64,000 bases of DNA from a virus: IMG/VR virus record IMGVR_UViG_3300009034_000011, one strand, 5' to 3'. Each line of letters starts with the position of its first letter. Position 1 is the first letter of the stretch. The notes beneath the pieces are model-generated. The model was not told where the DNA came from. It saw only the letters and a list, made by a program, of their open reading frames with translations, and did no database searches. The translations under genes and the position numbers were made by a program. Below are positions 46,817 to 57,054 of the stretch, piece after piece.

Positions 46817-49051
46817 CTACACACATTTAGAGTATCCACAGGCAGGACAATGTAGACAACTCCCCTGTCTATACAACATACTATGACACTCAGGGCACTC
46901 AGGATTCTCCCCAAGTCCCACAGCGCTCCCCTCGTCCTCCACAAGCCGAGGCCCACCTCCGGGAAGTATTTCCTCCTCACCCCCTACTAACTCTCGTAGA
47001 GCCTGCGCAACAGCATCCGGACAGGAGCGGATAGCTTGTTCCCCGATCCCACGTGCCTTAGCACACCGGATTCCCGCTAGTTGATCTATAATGTCTCTGT
47101 AGTCAATACCGCTTCTGAGAGCCAACGAAACCAACCTACCTAGAGCCTCAACATGCGAACTGATACAGCCGCCACCTCTGCCTAGTGCAATAAATGACTC
47201 ACATGGTCCCAAATCGTCACGATTAACTGTAATAAATAAACTCCCACACGTATCTCCCACAGGGACCCTCAACGTCTCGCCCCTAGTTATCCTTGGCCGT
47301 TTACGCGGAGATATCCCTGTAGGTAGTTCAGATACTTTCCCCTTTGCAACCAGCACTTCCTGCTGCCTGGACCCCGATCTGTAAAGCGTAATACCCTTAC
47401 ACCCGGACTTCCATGCTAGTAAAATTGCTTCAGCTACATCGTCCCTACTAGCCTCAAAGGGCATATTTATCGTTTTCGATATACCCGCGTCAACCCACTC
47501 CTGAAATGCCGCTTGCATCTTGATATGCCATTCAGGACTAATCTCCAGGGCAGTTACAAAATGCTCGGGGAGGGGCTGACCTCGATTTAGATAAGAGGCA
47601 GCTAGAGCATGCTGCTCCTTAAATTCCTTGTCTACTCTATAATATTTGTATTCCCATTGAAAAACGGGCTCGATACCACTTGAGGCGCCTGCTATGAGCG
47701 AGAGGGAACCTGTGGGAGCGAGTGAGGTAAGGCAGGCGTTCCTTAGACCACATGCCTCGAGTTTAGTATCCAGATCATCCCAGCCCTCCCAATTATAAGA
47801 TGCGCTAGAATGTCTTTTCACAGCTTCATAATGATCCTTGTACGCAGGAAAAGGTCCCCTCTCATGAGCAAGATCAACGGAGGCGTACATTGCACGATAT
47901 TGAATATACTGCATAACCTTACCTGCTAGTGTTACCGCTTCATCTGAATCATATCTCAACCCAAGCAACAAAAGGAGATCCGCCCAACCCATAACACCAA
48001 GCCCTATCTTTCTAGTCCTGAGCGAAGCTTCTTCAATCTCCTTAACTGGGAACTTATTCACCTCAATAACATCATCAAGAAAACGAACTGCATGTTCAAC
48101 TGCTTCACCCAAACGGGTCCAATCTACGTCAAACTTACCATCGTCCTCCTTATAAAACTTCGCCAGGTTGATAGATCCTAAGTTACAAGATTCGTTAGGT
48201 AGCAAGGGCTGCTCACCGCAGGGATTAACTCCGGCAATGTCACCTAGACCTTTTAACGGATGTTTCTGATTCATCCTATCAATAAAGATTACCCCTGGCT
48301 CCCCATTCGTCCAAGTCCGTTCTACAAGGTTACCGAAGAGGGCGGTTGCACTAACAACTCTATCAACTTTATCGGCATATGTATCATATAAGTCAAACTC
48401 GTCTCCGGTCAGCATGCCCTCTCGTCTTGCAGTATCAACAGCCCCCATAAACTTATTAGTTGCGGCTACAGATAAGTTAAAGTTTGAAAGAGCACCTTCC
48501 TCTATCTTAGAATCAAGAAATTCTTCGATGTCTGGATGATCAACCCGAAGAACACCCATATTGGCGCCTCTACGCTTCCCACCCTGCTTAATCACATCAG
48601 TACTCCCATTATACGCGTGTATGAATGAAACGGGACCGCTACTTACACCACTGGTTCTCGAAACGGGAGACCCCCTCTTCCTGAGCTGGGAGAAATCGTA
48701 ACCACACCCCCCGCCTGAGGCAAAGATCTTAACTGCATTCTTCAGAGTACCAAATATACCATCCAGTGAGTCATCAATGGGTAATACAAAACATGCAGAC
48801 AGATTCCCTAGTCCCCGTTCCACTCCAGCATTGAAAAGCGTAGGACTATTGGGCAAGAACTCGAGATGGTACATCATTTTAAAGAAAACACCAAACCACT
48901 CCCTCTTACTTTCTTCCGCATCCGAAACGAACTTAGCAACTCTCCTACATAAACCTTCCCAGTCCTCTTGAATGTTGCCCCCTGTATCTTTGCAAAAGTA
49001 CCTTTTCTTCAAAACTTCCAACGCGTTATCAGTTAAAGTCGGTTCAGACAT
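46817..49051 (-). CDS. nrdJ: ribonucleotide reductase large subunit (class II NrdJ-like, single chain) with C-terminal zinc ribbon
   Basis: NPCGEQPL active-site Cys/Glu, 744 aa, no adjacent small-subunit gene. C-terminal CPECH...CLHCPACG. Confidence 0.6.
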   Translation of the reverse strand: MSEPTLTDNALEVLKKRYFCKDTGGNIQEDWEGLCRRVAKFVSDAEESKREWFGVFFKMMYHLEFLPNSPTLFNAGVERGLGNLSACFVLPIDDSLDGIFGTLKNAVKIFASGGGCGYDFSQLRKRGSPVSRTSGVSSGPVSFIHAYNGSTDVIKQGGKRRGANMGVLRVDHPDIEEFLDSKIEEGALSNFNLSVAATNKFMGAVDTARREGMLTGDEFDLYDTYADKVDRVVSATALFGNLVERTWTNGEPGVIFIDRMNQKHPLKGLGDIAGVNPCGEQPLLPNESCNLGSINLAKFYKEDDGKFDVDWTRLGEAVEHAVRFLDDVIEVNKFPVKEIEEASLRTRKIGLGVMGWADLLLLLGLRYDSDEAVTLAGKVMQYIQYRAMYASVDLAHERGPFPAYKDHYEAVKRHSSASYNWEGWDDLDTKLEACGLRNACLTSLAPTGSLSLIAGASSGIEPVFQWEYKYYRVDKEFKEQHALAASYLNRGQPLPEHFVTALEISPEWHIKMQAAFQEWVDAGISKTINMPFEASRDDVAEAILLAWKSGCKGITLYRSGSRQQEVLVAKGKVSELPTGISPRKRPRITRGETLRVPVGDTCGSLFITVNRDDLGPCESFIALGRGGGCISSHVEALGRLVSLALRSGIDYRDIIDQLAGIRCAKARGIGEQAIRSCPDAVAQALRELVGGEEEILPGGGPRLVEDEGSAVGLGENPECPECHSMLYRQGSCLHCPACGYSKCV

Positions 49052-49286
49052 TCACGTTCTCCCTCAACTTCCTAAGTCTCAGTCTAGCAGCAGATCGTAT
49101 CTCCTTAAACGGCGAGGCAAGATGTTCAGGTAACTCCCCCAAAGATTTCTGGAGAACTACGTCACATAGATCACACTCCTCGCCCACAAGGAACCTCGCT
49201 TCCCTATAGGACATTCCAGCTAGCATACGATCGTAAATATACTTCAGTGCCTGAGCTCGTGTAACAATGGGTTTAGACATCCACAT
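49044..49286 (-). CDS. small HEAT-like motif protein (paralog family)
   Basis: LGELPEHLASPFKEIRSAARLRLRKL. Confidence 0.5.
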   Translation of the reverse strand: MWMSKPIVTRAQALKYIYDRMLAGMSYREARFLVGEECDLCDVVLQKSLGELPEHLASPFKEIRSAARLRLRKLRENVNV

Positions 49287-49290
49287 TCTC

Positions 49291-51783
49291 CTAAAACTGG
49301 CCTAGATCCAGGTAATCGCCACCCCAACGCTCAACAACCCCAAGGTCGATCTTCAGAGGAACGATAATATGCCGAATGGGCGCCAACATCTGTTCTCGCA
49401 TAATGTTAACTGCATCACGTACTTCACCTTTGGGCGCCTCAGCTACTATCTCATCATGTATCTGCATTAACAACCTTGCCTTAAGCCCGTTACCCCTAAA
49501 AGCTTCATCAATCCTAGTTAAGGCAAGATTAGTCACATCAGATGCAAGACTCTGTATGGGGCTGTTCCGCGCCTGTCTCGCTGCCATAGCAGAGACAGTA
49601 GTATCCGTACTATGTATTTCAGGTAATCGCCTATATCTTCCAAACAGATTCTTAACGTAACCCTGTTGTTTGACGAAGGCTTCTTGATCTTTCAACCATC
49701 GAGAAGATATAGGGAACATCTTAAAAAACGAGTCAATAAACGCCTGAGCCTCTGTATCGGACATCTCAAACTCTGCCGCTAAACTTCTAGCTCCCCTCCC
49801 ATAGATAAGACCGAAGACGACGCCTTTCACTTTCGTACGCTCGTCTATTGAGATCTGATCCGGCGACTTGTTCAGCAAAATGGAACCTAGATGACTGTGT
49901 ACATCATCTGTTGCTAAAACCTCAATAAACTTCGGATCTTTACTGTAGTTAGCCCACATGCGTAGCTCGTGCTGAGAATAGTCACCTCTCACCAGGTACC
50001 AGTCCTCGGTAGGAATAAATAAACCCTTGATAATGGACTCTCGGGGAATATTTTGTAAATTTGGACGTGAAGAAGCCAATCTCCCAGTAGCGGTTCCATG
50101 CTGCAGATAGCTGGTATGTAACCGACCATCCGGAGCAAGCACCTTCAATAGACCAGCTATATAGGTACTATTCAATTTAGCCGTCCGCCTGTACTCCAAA
50201 AGTAAATCTAATACGGGATGTTTAGTTCTTTCCCGTAGCGCTTTGAGGGTAGCTTCATCTGTCGAAGGCCCGCCCTTCGGCGTCCTGAGACGTGGATCTT
50301 TTAACGCAGGAAGCCCTAACTGCTCATAAAGTAGGGATCGGAGCTGCTTAGTGGATCTGACATTCACATCCTCTTCTGCATAACTGTTTATTTCCTCCTG
50401 GAGCTCCTCAAGTCTATCATCAAACTCTTTACTAAGCTCCGACATACGCTCTGTATCCACCCTTACCCCTACAAGCTCCATATACATAAGCGTTTTCATA
50501 ACCTTTGTAATAATCTTACTATAGAATTTATATAGTTGACTACTCTCTTTAAGCCCTGACCTAAACAACTCATAGAGGCGGAATGTAGCATCAGCATCCG
50601 CTAACGCATAGGATTTTAAAGTAGAAACAGGAATTTTCCCATAATGTTTTTCCTCAATAGGAATTCTACTCCGCTTCACTTCATTAAACGCACTCTCAAG
50701 GTCTTTAGAATAGTTCCCGAGATCAGTAAACCTAGCCGCGAGAGGCTTGAGACCGTGAGCTGTATTCTCATCCAACAAATGATGCATCAACATGGAATCA
50801 CTAAGGGTTCCACGGATATCCCAACCAAAGTAATGGATAAGAAATTTCAAGTCAAACTTTAAGTTATGGCCAATCTTACCTATACTAGGATCTTCAAATA
50901 CCTGCCGTAACCCCTCTTGTATAAGTGCCCAGTCACTCCTAGGCCATACCCAGTTACCATCTTCCTCCATGGGAAGATACCAAGCTGAAAATAAGCCAGT
51001 GGAAAAGACCATACAAAGTATACGGTCTGCCCAAAAGTTAAAACCTGTAGTTTCAATATCTATAACAAACTGTTCAGACTCACGTAAATCCTGAATTAGC
51101 TCCCCAAAGCTTTCCAGATCGTGAACTTCCCTATATATCACAGATCGTTGTGGCGGGACAGTATAACCATCATCAATAAACTGCTTCACCTTCTCCGCAA
51201 CATCTCTGAGAAGGACCTCATTTGACGGATTCCTTAGTACTGCGGCAGGATGAATACATGGGAGAATATAACACCCGAACTCCTCACTCTCCTCAAAAAT
51301 TCCACTTCGACTCATTATACCGGAGGGTGTACCCTTAGGAACTACACCGTAGTACCCAATGTTACCAAGTGCCACAATAAGCTTTCGGGGATAGGCAGTG
51401 ATTTCATATTGTAGATACTTCTCCCTACATATCCGACACTCCTCAGAAGTTGGGGTTCGATTATTAGTAGGGCGACACTTAACAGTATTAGTGACAAAAG
51501 CAGCTTTACGAGTATAAATACCCACTGCGTTAAATGTGTCTTCTAATTTCTTCCCAGCTCTACCAACAAAGGCCTCACCTTCTCTTTCCTCATCCCTTCC
51601 GGGAGCCTCACCCACAATAACTATTGGGGAGTTGAAATCACCGCGGGGATATACCATTTCGCGAGACTCATTAGTAGGTCGTATGTCTCCCGAAACGGTA
51701 CAATCAGTACACTGTGGAAAATACGAACCCCAAAGCCAGCCCTCTGGGTCCCTTTGCACCTCTGCCTGCATCTCAGTAGTCAT
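49291..51783 (-). CDS. polA: family-A DNA polymerase (Pol I-like) with N-terminal family-4 UDG-like domain and 3'-5' exonuclease
   Basis: GEAPG...FVGRAGKKL (UDG family 4), VIDIETTG exo I, KVKGVVFGLIYGRGA motif B, LMQIHDEIV motif C. Confidence 0.75.
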   Translation of the reverse strand: MTTEMQAEVQRDPEGWLWGSYFPQCTDCTVSGDIRPTNESREMVYPRGDFNSPIVIVGEAPGRDEEREGEAFVGRAGKKLEDTFNAVGIYTRKAAFVTNTVKCRPTNNRTPTSEECRICREKYLQYEITAYPRKLIVALGNIGYYGVVPKGTPSGIMSRSGIFEESEEFGCYILPCIHPAAVLRNPSNEVLLRDVAEKVKQFIDDGYTVPPQRSVIYREVHDLESFGELIQDLRESEQFVIDIETTGFNFWADRILCMVFSTGLFSAWYLPMEEDGNWVWPRSDWALIQEGLRQVFEDPSIGKIGHNLKFDLKFLIHYFGWDIRGTLSDSMLMHHLLDENTAHGLKPLAARFTDLGNYSKDLESAFNEVKRSRIPIEEKHYGKIPVSTLKSYALADADATFRLYELFRSGLKESSQLYKFYSKIITKVMKTLMYMELVGVRVDTERMSELSKEFDDRLEELQEEINSYAEEDVNVRSTKQLRSLLYEQLGLPALKDPRLRTPKGGPSTDEATLKALRERTKHPVLDLLLEYRRTAKLNSTYIAGLLKVLAPDGRLHTSYLQHGTATGRLASSRPNLQNIPRESIIKGLFIPTEDWYLVRGDYSQHELRMWANYSKDPKFIEVLATDDVHSHLGSILLNKSPDQISIDERTKVKGVVFGLIYGRGARSLAAEFEMSDTEAQAFIDSFFKMFPISSRWLKDQEAFVKQQGYVKNLFGRYRRLPEIHSTDTTVSAMAARQARNSPIQSLASDVTNLALTRIDEAFRGNGLKARLLMQIHDEIVAEAPKGEVRDAVNIMREQMLAPIRHIIVPLKIDLGVVERWGGDYLDLGQF

Positions 51784-52232
51784 TCGTCTTCCTCCGTTGG
51801 GGCGTCTAAATCGGATGCTGGACTGCCCTCTCGCAGCCTCAAGTCCGGAATCATACCATTTGCAAGGTAATCACTCCCAAGGTGGTCAACTAGGAAGGCC
51901 CAGTCACTTATGTCGTGTTGTAGTATAGCCCCATCAAACTCCTTAGGAATATGCAGTAACTGGTGCATTACCAAAGCAGTCTGCTGTGCAGGCCCCAAGT
52001 CATCCCACCCAGCTCTAAAGTATATAGTAACAATATACATTATCTTGGGATTAAGGAGATTAAATGGCGGCTTCACAGGCCGGCAGTTACCAGGTTTTGT
52101 TTTCTGAGACCGACTGATCTCACGCACGTAAAGCAATCTATCCGGATCTACACGCTCAAACCATTCCGGATACCTAGCTATTAAATCTCTTGCTATAGCT
52201 TCCACTTCCGGGTCTTCAATATAGTCACTCAT
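51780..52232 (-). CDS. hypothetical protein
   Basis: 150-aa ORF. Confidence 0.4.
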   Translation of the reverse strand: MSDYIEDPEVEAIARDLIARYPEWFERVDPDRLLYVREISRSQKTKPGNCRPVKPPFNLLNPKIMYIVTIYFRAGWDDLGPAQQTALVMHQLLHIPKEFDGAILQHDISDWAFLVDHLGSDYLANGMIPDLRLREGSPASDLDAPTEEDE

Positions 52233-52841
52233 TTATACTTTCACCTCCGTCTCCACCCCCAGGGTAGAAAGAACTCGATCGAGCACATGCTGACATACAG
52301 TTTCCTCAGGCTGTGTTCCATCTATAATAACAACGCATATACCCTCACTTAGTAGCTGTTTAGACCACCAGATGTAACTTTGCTGTATCGCTTCAAACCG
52401 TGCCCTAGTTAACTTAGTCTGCCCATCGTCTCTAGCCATGAATACATCGTAGGGGATTGTAAAGACAAACGTCACATCGGGAGCTTGGCACCTATCCAGA
52501 TAGACTTCATCCATATGTTTCTTAAAATTTGGATCAAGATCTTCCCACCACTCATAGGCCAGGTTAGATAGAGCATAACGATCACAGAGAACGACTTTTC
52601 CTTCCCTTAACGCAGGACTTATCACTGTCAACTCAGCTAAACGAATCGCCTGCCAGAAAAACATATAGACAATCTCGTCTGGGAAATTTCCTATCATGGA
52701 GGGAATCCTGTTCCCAGCAATACATTTAGTTACGGTTGAGAGAACAGGAATTTCTTTCTGCTCTAAAGATTTCCTAACAAACTCTACCGCACTAGATTTC
52801 CCGGCACGATCAATTCCGTCAAAAGCAATAAACTTACTCAT
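52233..52841 (-). CDS. tmk: thymidylate (dTMP) kinase-like nucleotide kinase
   Basis: FIAFDGIDRAGKSS P-loop as in Tmk (EGxDGxGKST). 202 aa. Confidence 0.55.
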   Translation of the reverse strand: MSKFIAFDGIDRAGKSSAVEFVRKSLEQKEIPVLSTVTKCIAGNRIPSMIGNFPDEIVYMFFWQAIRLAELTVISPALREGKVVLCDRYALSNLAYEWWEDLDPNFKKHMDEVYLDRCQAPDVTFVFTIPYDVFMARDDGQTKLTRARFEAIQQSYIWWSKQLLSEGICVVIIDGTQPEETVCQHVLDRVLSTLGVETEVKV

Positions 52842-53646
52842 TGAACGGCTCCCTCCCCGCAGCCCAGATGTTAAGGGTTAACATATTCTTCACCGCAACA
52901 GTATACTGCTCATCTGTAAACGTTATATCACCGTCCACGGTACCCTCGGGTTTGAAATATGTAGCCATATCCATATCTATCTCTCTCTCCGATAGAGCTA
53001 GAATACTAGCTATGGCAGAATCTGCACCTGATATCCAGCTGAACTTACTAAGCTCCCTGGCACATATAGGAGCTCCAAATCCGGTTGCATAGAATCTCTT
53101 ATGTTTAAATCTCTGAAACTGTCGATCCAATAGCTGAAGGAACTCTAAGCGAGTCTTGGTCCGTCTCGCTCCTTCCTGGTCCTCCCACTCAAACATATCA
53201 TCTATAAATAAGGTATTTATAGCAATAGTATGGCAGCAGTGCTCAGGTAAAGCTGCAAATTGTTCTACACAGCGAAACCACTCATCACGTGTCCGGCCCT
53301 GGGAAACGCACATAACATTCGCCCTAAAGTTTAGATTTCTGTACGCTAATCCCCCAAACTGCTGAGCTGCAGCAACAGTCCTGGCCATATCATTCATGTA
53401 ATCTGGTGCGTATACATACGCAGGTTGTATTTCTACCGCGAGCTCAATCATAGTTCGCATATCAAGAGGTTCGCCGCGCTCCCAGACTCCGTTATCGAGA
53501 TAAACATCTCGACCCTGTCTAGCCCGATCTATAAAGAATTGCTTGTAATCTCCATTCTGTAATGCAATATGCGCTAGACAAAAATCAAAGTCTCCGAGTT
53601 CTGAAAGCTCCAAATGATTCACCGGTACGACATGACCTATTTGCAT
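52834..53646 (-). CDS. dpdA: candidate DpdA-like DNA 7-deazaguanine transglycosylase (TGT-fold)
   Basis: 270-aa alpha/beta protein. No clear alternative assignment. Position in a genome encoding FolE, QueD, QueE and Gat-QueC fits phage dpdA contexts. The call is weak and inferred mainly from context. Confidence 0.35.
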   Translation of the reverse strand: MQIGHVVPVNHLELSELGDFDFCLAHIALQNGDYKQFFIDRARQGRDVYLDNGVWERGEPLDMRTMIELAVEIQPAYVYAPDYMNDMARTVAAAQQFGGLAYRNLNFRANVMCVSQGRTRDEWFRCVEQFAALPEHCCHTIAINTLFIDDMFEWEDQEGARRTKTRLEFLQLLDRQFQRFKHKRFYATGFGAPICARELSKFSWISGADSAIASILALSEREIDMDMATYFKPEGTVDGDITFTDEQYTVAVKNMLTLNIWAAGREPFNE

Positions 53647-54005
53647 TTCATAACTCCTATATACTCTTTCGACTCATGAGCTTTAGTTCCTCTTGTTCGT
53701 ATTCAATAAGGAGCTTCGCAAACTCAGTTGCAGTAGCTGCATCCTCTTCATTCAACCTACCATCTTTCAACTGTCTAGGTATCTCTGCATTTATTTGTCT
53801 TCGCAAAGCAGCCAAACTATCCCTCAGATACTTAGAAAAAGGAATAGCTGCTAGTACACCGGCCCCTGGACCGCGTTTCTCAGCCTCTGTAAACTCCTCT
53901 TCCCACTTTTCTCGCATATCGTATATAAACTCTTCTCGAGTAGGTGCTTTAGCTCGCACCATCTGACTAATACCTCGATAGTCTTCCGCTGTAGGTCTGC
54001 GAATC

Positions 54006-54209
54006 TTACCCATTACCATTCCTTTCCAAAGACGCTAAAAAAGTTTCAAAACTCGCCTTAACTATAATCCATCTAGAGTTCCACTTGTCTGTTTGCTTCC
54101 TACCCTCAAGAACACCATCCCTTACCAACCTTTGTACATAACCGGGACTTTTGCGAAGAGTCCCAGCGACGTATTTCAATGTAACATATGGGGTTCTCTT
54201 AACCACCAT
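54006..54209 (-). CDS. small HTH DNA-binding protein (excisionase/MerR-like)
   Basis: LKYVAGTLRKSPGYVQRLVRDGVL helix-turn-helix. Confidence 0.45.
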   Translation of the reverse strand: MVVKRTPYVTLKYVAGTLRKSPGYVQRLVRDGVLEGRKQTDKWNSRWIIVKASFETFLASLERNGNG

Positions 54210-55014
54210 GCTGCGCCTCTCGCATTCTTATAATATCAAAAAACTCATCCTTACAGCCGGCGAGGTTCTCAAGAAAGATACCACGAACTGCAGAGGTGGC
54301 AGTTTCCGCATCTCGCTTCATTATGCCTCTGGTGCACATGCAATCGTGCTGAGCAGCAACCAGAACAATAACTCCTTTGGGTTTAAGTACATTATTTATA
54401 CAATCAGCTATCTCATTAGTCATTTTTTCTTGCAACTGAGGACGCTTAGCAAAGGCCTCGACGACCCTTCCCAACTTTGATAGACCCACTATAGTCCTTT
54501 CAGGAATGTAACCCACATAGGCATAACCCGTTATAACAGCCAGGTGATGGATACAGACAGAGTCGAAGTCTATCCTGCGCGTTACGACCAAGTTCGGGGG
54601 ATCAGGAGCAGGTGATTGCACTTGCAAGAATTTAGCAGGATCCTGGTTAAGTCCTGCGCAAAGTTCCGCATACATCCGAGCAACCCTCTCTGGTGTAGTC
54701 TCTAAATCCGGTTGCTCCAAATCAAGACCATAGAGATCATATAACCCTTCCAATATTAGCCCGACACCATCTCTTATAACGGAATGTGCAGCAAACTTAT
54801 CAGCTGTGGCCTTAACCTCACCCCAAAACTCTTGAACATGTTCACTACACAGCACAATATCATGATTCTCACCGTTACCGTCAGGTAGGGTTATAGTTTG
54901 GAGGTCACCTAGAATACCACAGTGTCCGCACCGTTTATACTTATTCTCCTTCAGTCTCCCCGCCAGTCTCAGTAACCGTCTCTGCATCTGCATTGTAATA
55001 CTTTCCTTCCTCAT
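54199..55014 (-). CDS. folE: GTP cyclohydrolase I (FolE)
   Basis: CIHHLAVITGYAYVGYIPERTIVGLSKLGRVVEAFAKRPQLQEKMT aligns with FolE CEHHLVPF...QVQERLT. C-terminal HDCMCTRG zinc site. Confidence 0.7.
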   Translation of the reverse strand: MRKESITMQMQRRLLRLAGRLKENKYKRCGHCGILGDLQTITLPDGNGENHDIVLCSEHVQEFWGEVKATADKFAAHSVIRDGVGLILEGLYDLYGLDLEQPDLETTPERVARMYAELCAGLNQDPAKFLQVQSPAPDPPNLVVTRRIDFDSVCIHHLAVITGYAYVGYIPERTIVGLSKLGRVVEAFAKRPQLQEKMTNEIADCINNVLKPKGVIVLVAAQHDCMCTRGIMKRDAETATSAVRGIFLENLAGCKDEFFDIIRMREAQHGG

Positions 55015-55660
55015 CCCTCTGTATACTTATCTTATCCTTTTTCTTGAACTCCGAGATGCACATATGCAGAAAACTTCTAGCTTTCTTACGTGCAGTGTCC
55101 GTATCCTGTATAAAACCCTTATCCACAGCCGCCTGAATTAGATCATTGGCCGTATACCTTTCCCCACTGCGCAGTAACTCTCTATATAACCCCTTTTTAC
55201 TAGGCTTTCTTTTACGGGCAACTTTAACTTTAACAGGAGTCTTCACGGGTTTCTTTGACACTACCGCTTGCTCCGCAACCCGCTCGGGCTCTGGGGGCTC
55301 ACTAGCCTCTTGCTCTTGTGCTACAACAGTTTGTAACAATTCTGTTTCGGGTGGCTCTTGCCCAATCTGATCTATCATTCCCACATCGATGGGAGCTTCC
55401 TCCGCCATTTCCTTCGCTGAGGGTTCTACATGATCTCTAGATAATGTTTCCTCCTTGCACTTTACAGCACGTCTACACGCCGTATTACAGGCGTAATTCT
55501 GTTCGTCATACGTTCCAAAACACGGCAAAGTAATCTGCCCGTCTTCCGAGACTTCTCTATTTTCCATTGCTCCCCTACACTCCCTTCTAACATGACAAAG
55601 CTCCTGACACTCTCGCGCTGTGTCACTATACAACAAACCAAAACAGGACCTCTCATCCAC
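54941..55660 (-). CDS. hypothetical Cys-rich/basic protein
   Basis: 239-aa ORF with an N-terminal Cys cluster and lysine-rich C-terminal half. Confidence 0.4.
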   Translation of the reverse strand: MDERSCFGLLYSDTARECQELCHVRRECRGAMENREVSEDGQITLPCFGTYDEQNYACNTACRRAVKCKEETLSRDHVEPSAKEMAEEAPIDVGMIDQIGQEPPETELLQTVVAQEQEASEPPEPERVAEQAVVSKKPVKTPVKVKVARKRKPSKKGLYRELLRSGERYTANDLIQAAVDKGFIQDTDTARKKARSFLHMCISEFKKKDKISIQRDEEGKYYNADAETVTETGGETEGE

Positions 55661-55694
55661 TCTAACACCCCGTATATTCCTAAAACTCCTATAC

Positions 55695-56408
55695 CTAGAT
55701 ACTCTCTATACTTTCCGGGGCACGGGACGCTTCCCATGGATAACATACCCAGCCATTAACTACATCCACATACCAATTAGGTATAAACTTTGAATGGTCC
55801 TTCAGATGCAAAGTTGCAAAACGAAGGTTACCCTCCGCCACACCACATTTATCAACCACGTATTGACGAATAGCCTCTAGGGTCTCCCCAGTATCGGCAA
55901 TATCGTCTATCACCCAAATAGGTACGTTACCAAGCTCATAGTAATCATGAAACACAAATGCACTGGGAAGTTTAGATGTTCCGTTATAGTGCTCGGCTCG
56001 CAGTGGTAGGAAGGGTATACGAAGAGTTGCGCTAATAAAGGAGGCAGGAAATAACCCTCCGAACGCAACGCCTATGATAAGCTCTGGTAGGAAACCGGCT
56101 TTTCTAATACTATCTATCAGAAAACCACACGCCTCAGTCACCCAAATGATATCTGGCTTGAGGGGATCCTGTTTCTCTGATGACAGGTTACGAATAACTT
56201 GCAGCCGATCGACATCAACAGGATGGACTATGTAGTCGCCTTTTTCTCCTCCCACCTTTCGCGCACTAAGACGACCCCCTCGGATAAGATGTCTAACATG
56301 ATCTTGACTGACCCCCAACCGCCCACTTACATCTGCAGCGTTGCAAAATTTAGTCACTCTCAGAAAACTCCTTAAAAACTTCACGAACAGCAGCGCGTGC
56401 CTCCGCAA
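55695..56408 (-). CDS. phosphoribosyltransferase-domain protein with N-terminal HTH
   Basis: VPIWVIDDIADTGETL type-I PRTase PRPP-binding motif. Confidence 0.5.
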   Translation of the reverse strand: MRRHALLFVKFLRSFLRVTKFCNAADVSGRLGVSQDHVRHLIRGGRLSARKVGGEKGDYIVHPVDVDRLQVIRNLSSEKQDPLKPDIIWVTEACGFLIDSIRKAGFLPELIIGVAFGGLFPASFISATLRIPFLPLRAEHYNGTSKLPSAFVFHDYYELGNVPIWVIDDIADTGETLEAIRQYVVDKCGVAEGNLRFATLHLKDHSKFIPNWYVDVVNGWVCYPWEASRAPESIESI

Positions 56409-57054
56409 CTCGGCAAGTGGTTACACCTAAACGCCTAGCGAGGCTCCTGTTAGTTATACGAATCTTCTTCCGCTTCCTTTGTGTATATTCTTCACACAAA
56501 CGTAACAACTCCCCATCGGGAAAAACTAGCAAGCGCAGTACAGCGGCAGCAACACGATCTTTCAGCTCGAGCAACTTTTCGCGCGTTTTCTTGTACAGCT
56601 CATCCGCTATGAGAACTCCTATAGGATCTGGATAGGTCTTGTCTTCCAAAGTTTCAAACAAGAAAGCCCCATCCCCGTTCTCCGTAAAGAGAGAAACGGG
56701 TCTTATAGTTACCTCCGAATTACCAACTACAACCCTTGGAACACGTTTTAACTGATAGAGACCTCCCATCACCACATTCATATTAGTCCATATACGCCGC
56801 CTTGCCCAGTTCTCTAGCGAAGCACCCCTCTGAGGATCCCAAGTAACAGCTGCTACCCAAGTCTGTATACGACCAACAGCTCTTAGATCGTCTATATCAA
56901 GGTAATTGTTTGGGAGGACAGCAGCTCTCTTGGCTGCCTCTGACTCAATAAACGGATCAAGCTTCTCTAGGAGATCTTCGAAGATGCGCATTTTCTCTAT
57001 ACGTTCTTCTGCACTTAACCTCCTAGAACTCTCAATGGAAGGTCTAGTAAGCAC
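56350..57054 (-). CDS. sigma-70 family RNA polymerase sigma factor
   Basis: C-terminal region-4 HTH LARRLGVTTCRVAEARAAVREV. Region-2-like helices N-terminal. Confidence 0.5.
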   Translation of the reverse strand: MLTRPSIESSRRLSAEERIEKMRIFEDLLEKLDPFIESEAAKRAAVLPNNYLDIDDLRAVGRIQTWVAAVTWDPQRGASLENWARRRIWTNMNVVMGGLYQLKRVPRVVVGNSEVTIRPVSLFTENGDGAFLFETLEDKTYPDPIGVLIADELYKKTREKLLELKDRVAAAVLRLLVFPDGELLRLCEEYTQRKRKKIRITNRSLARRLGVTTCRVAEARAAVREVFKEFSESD

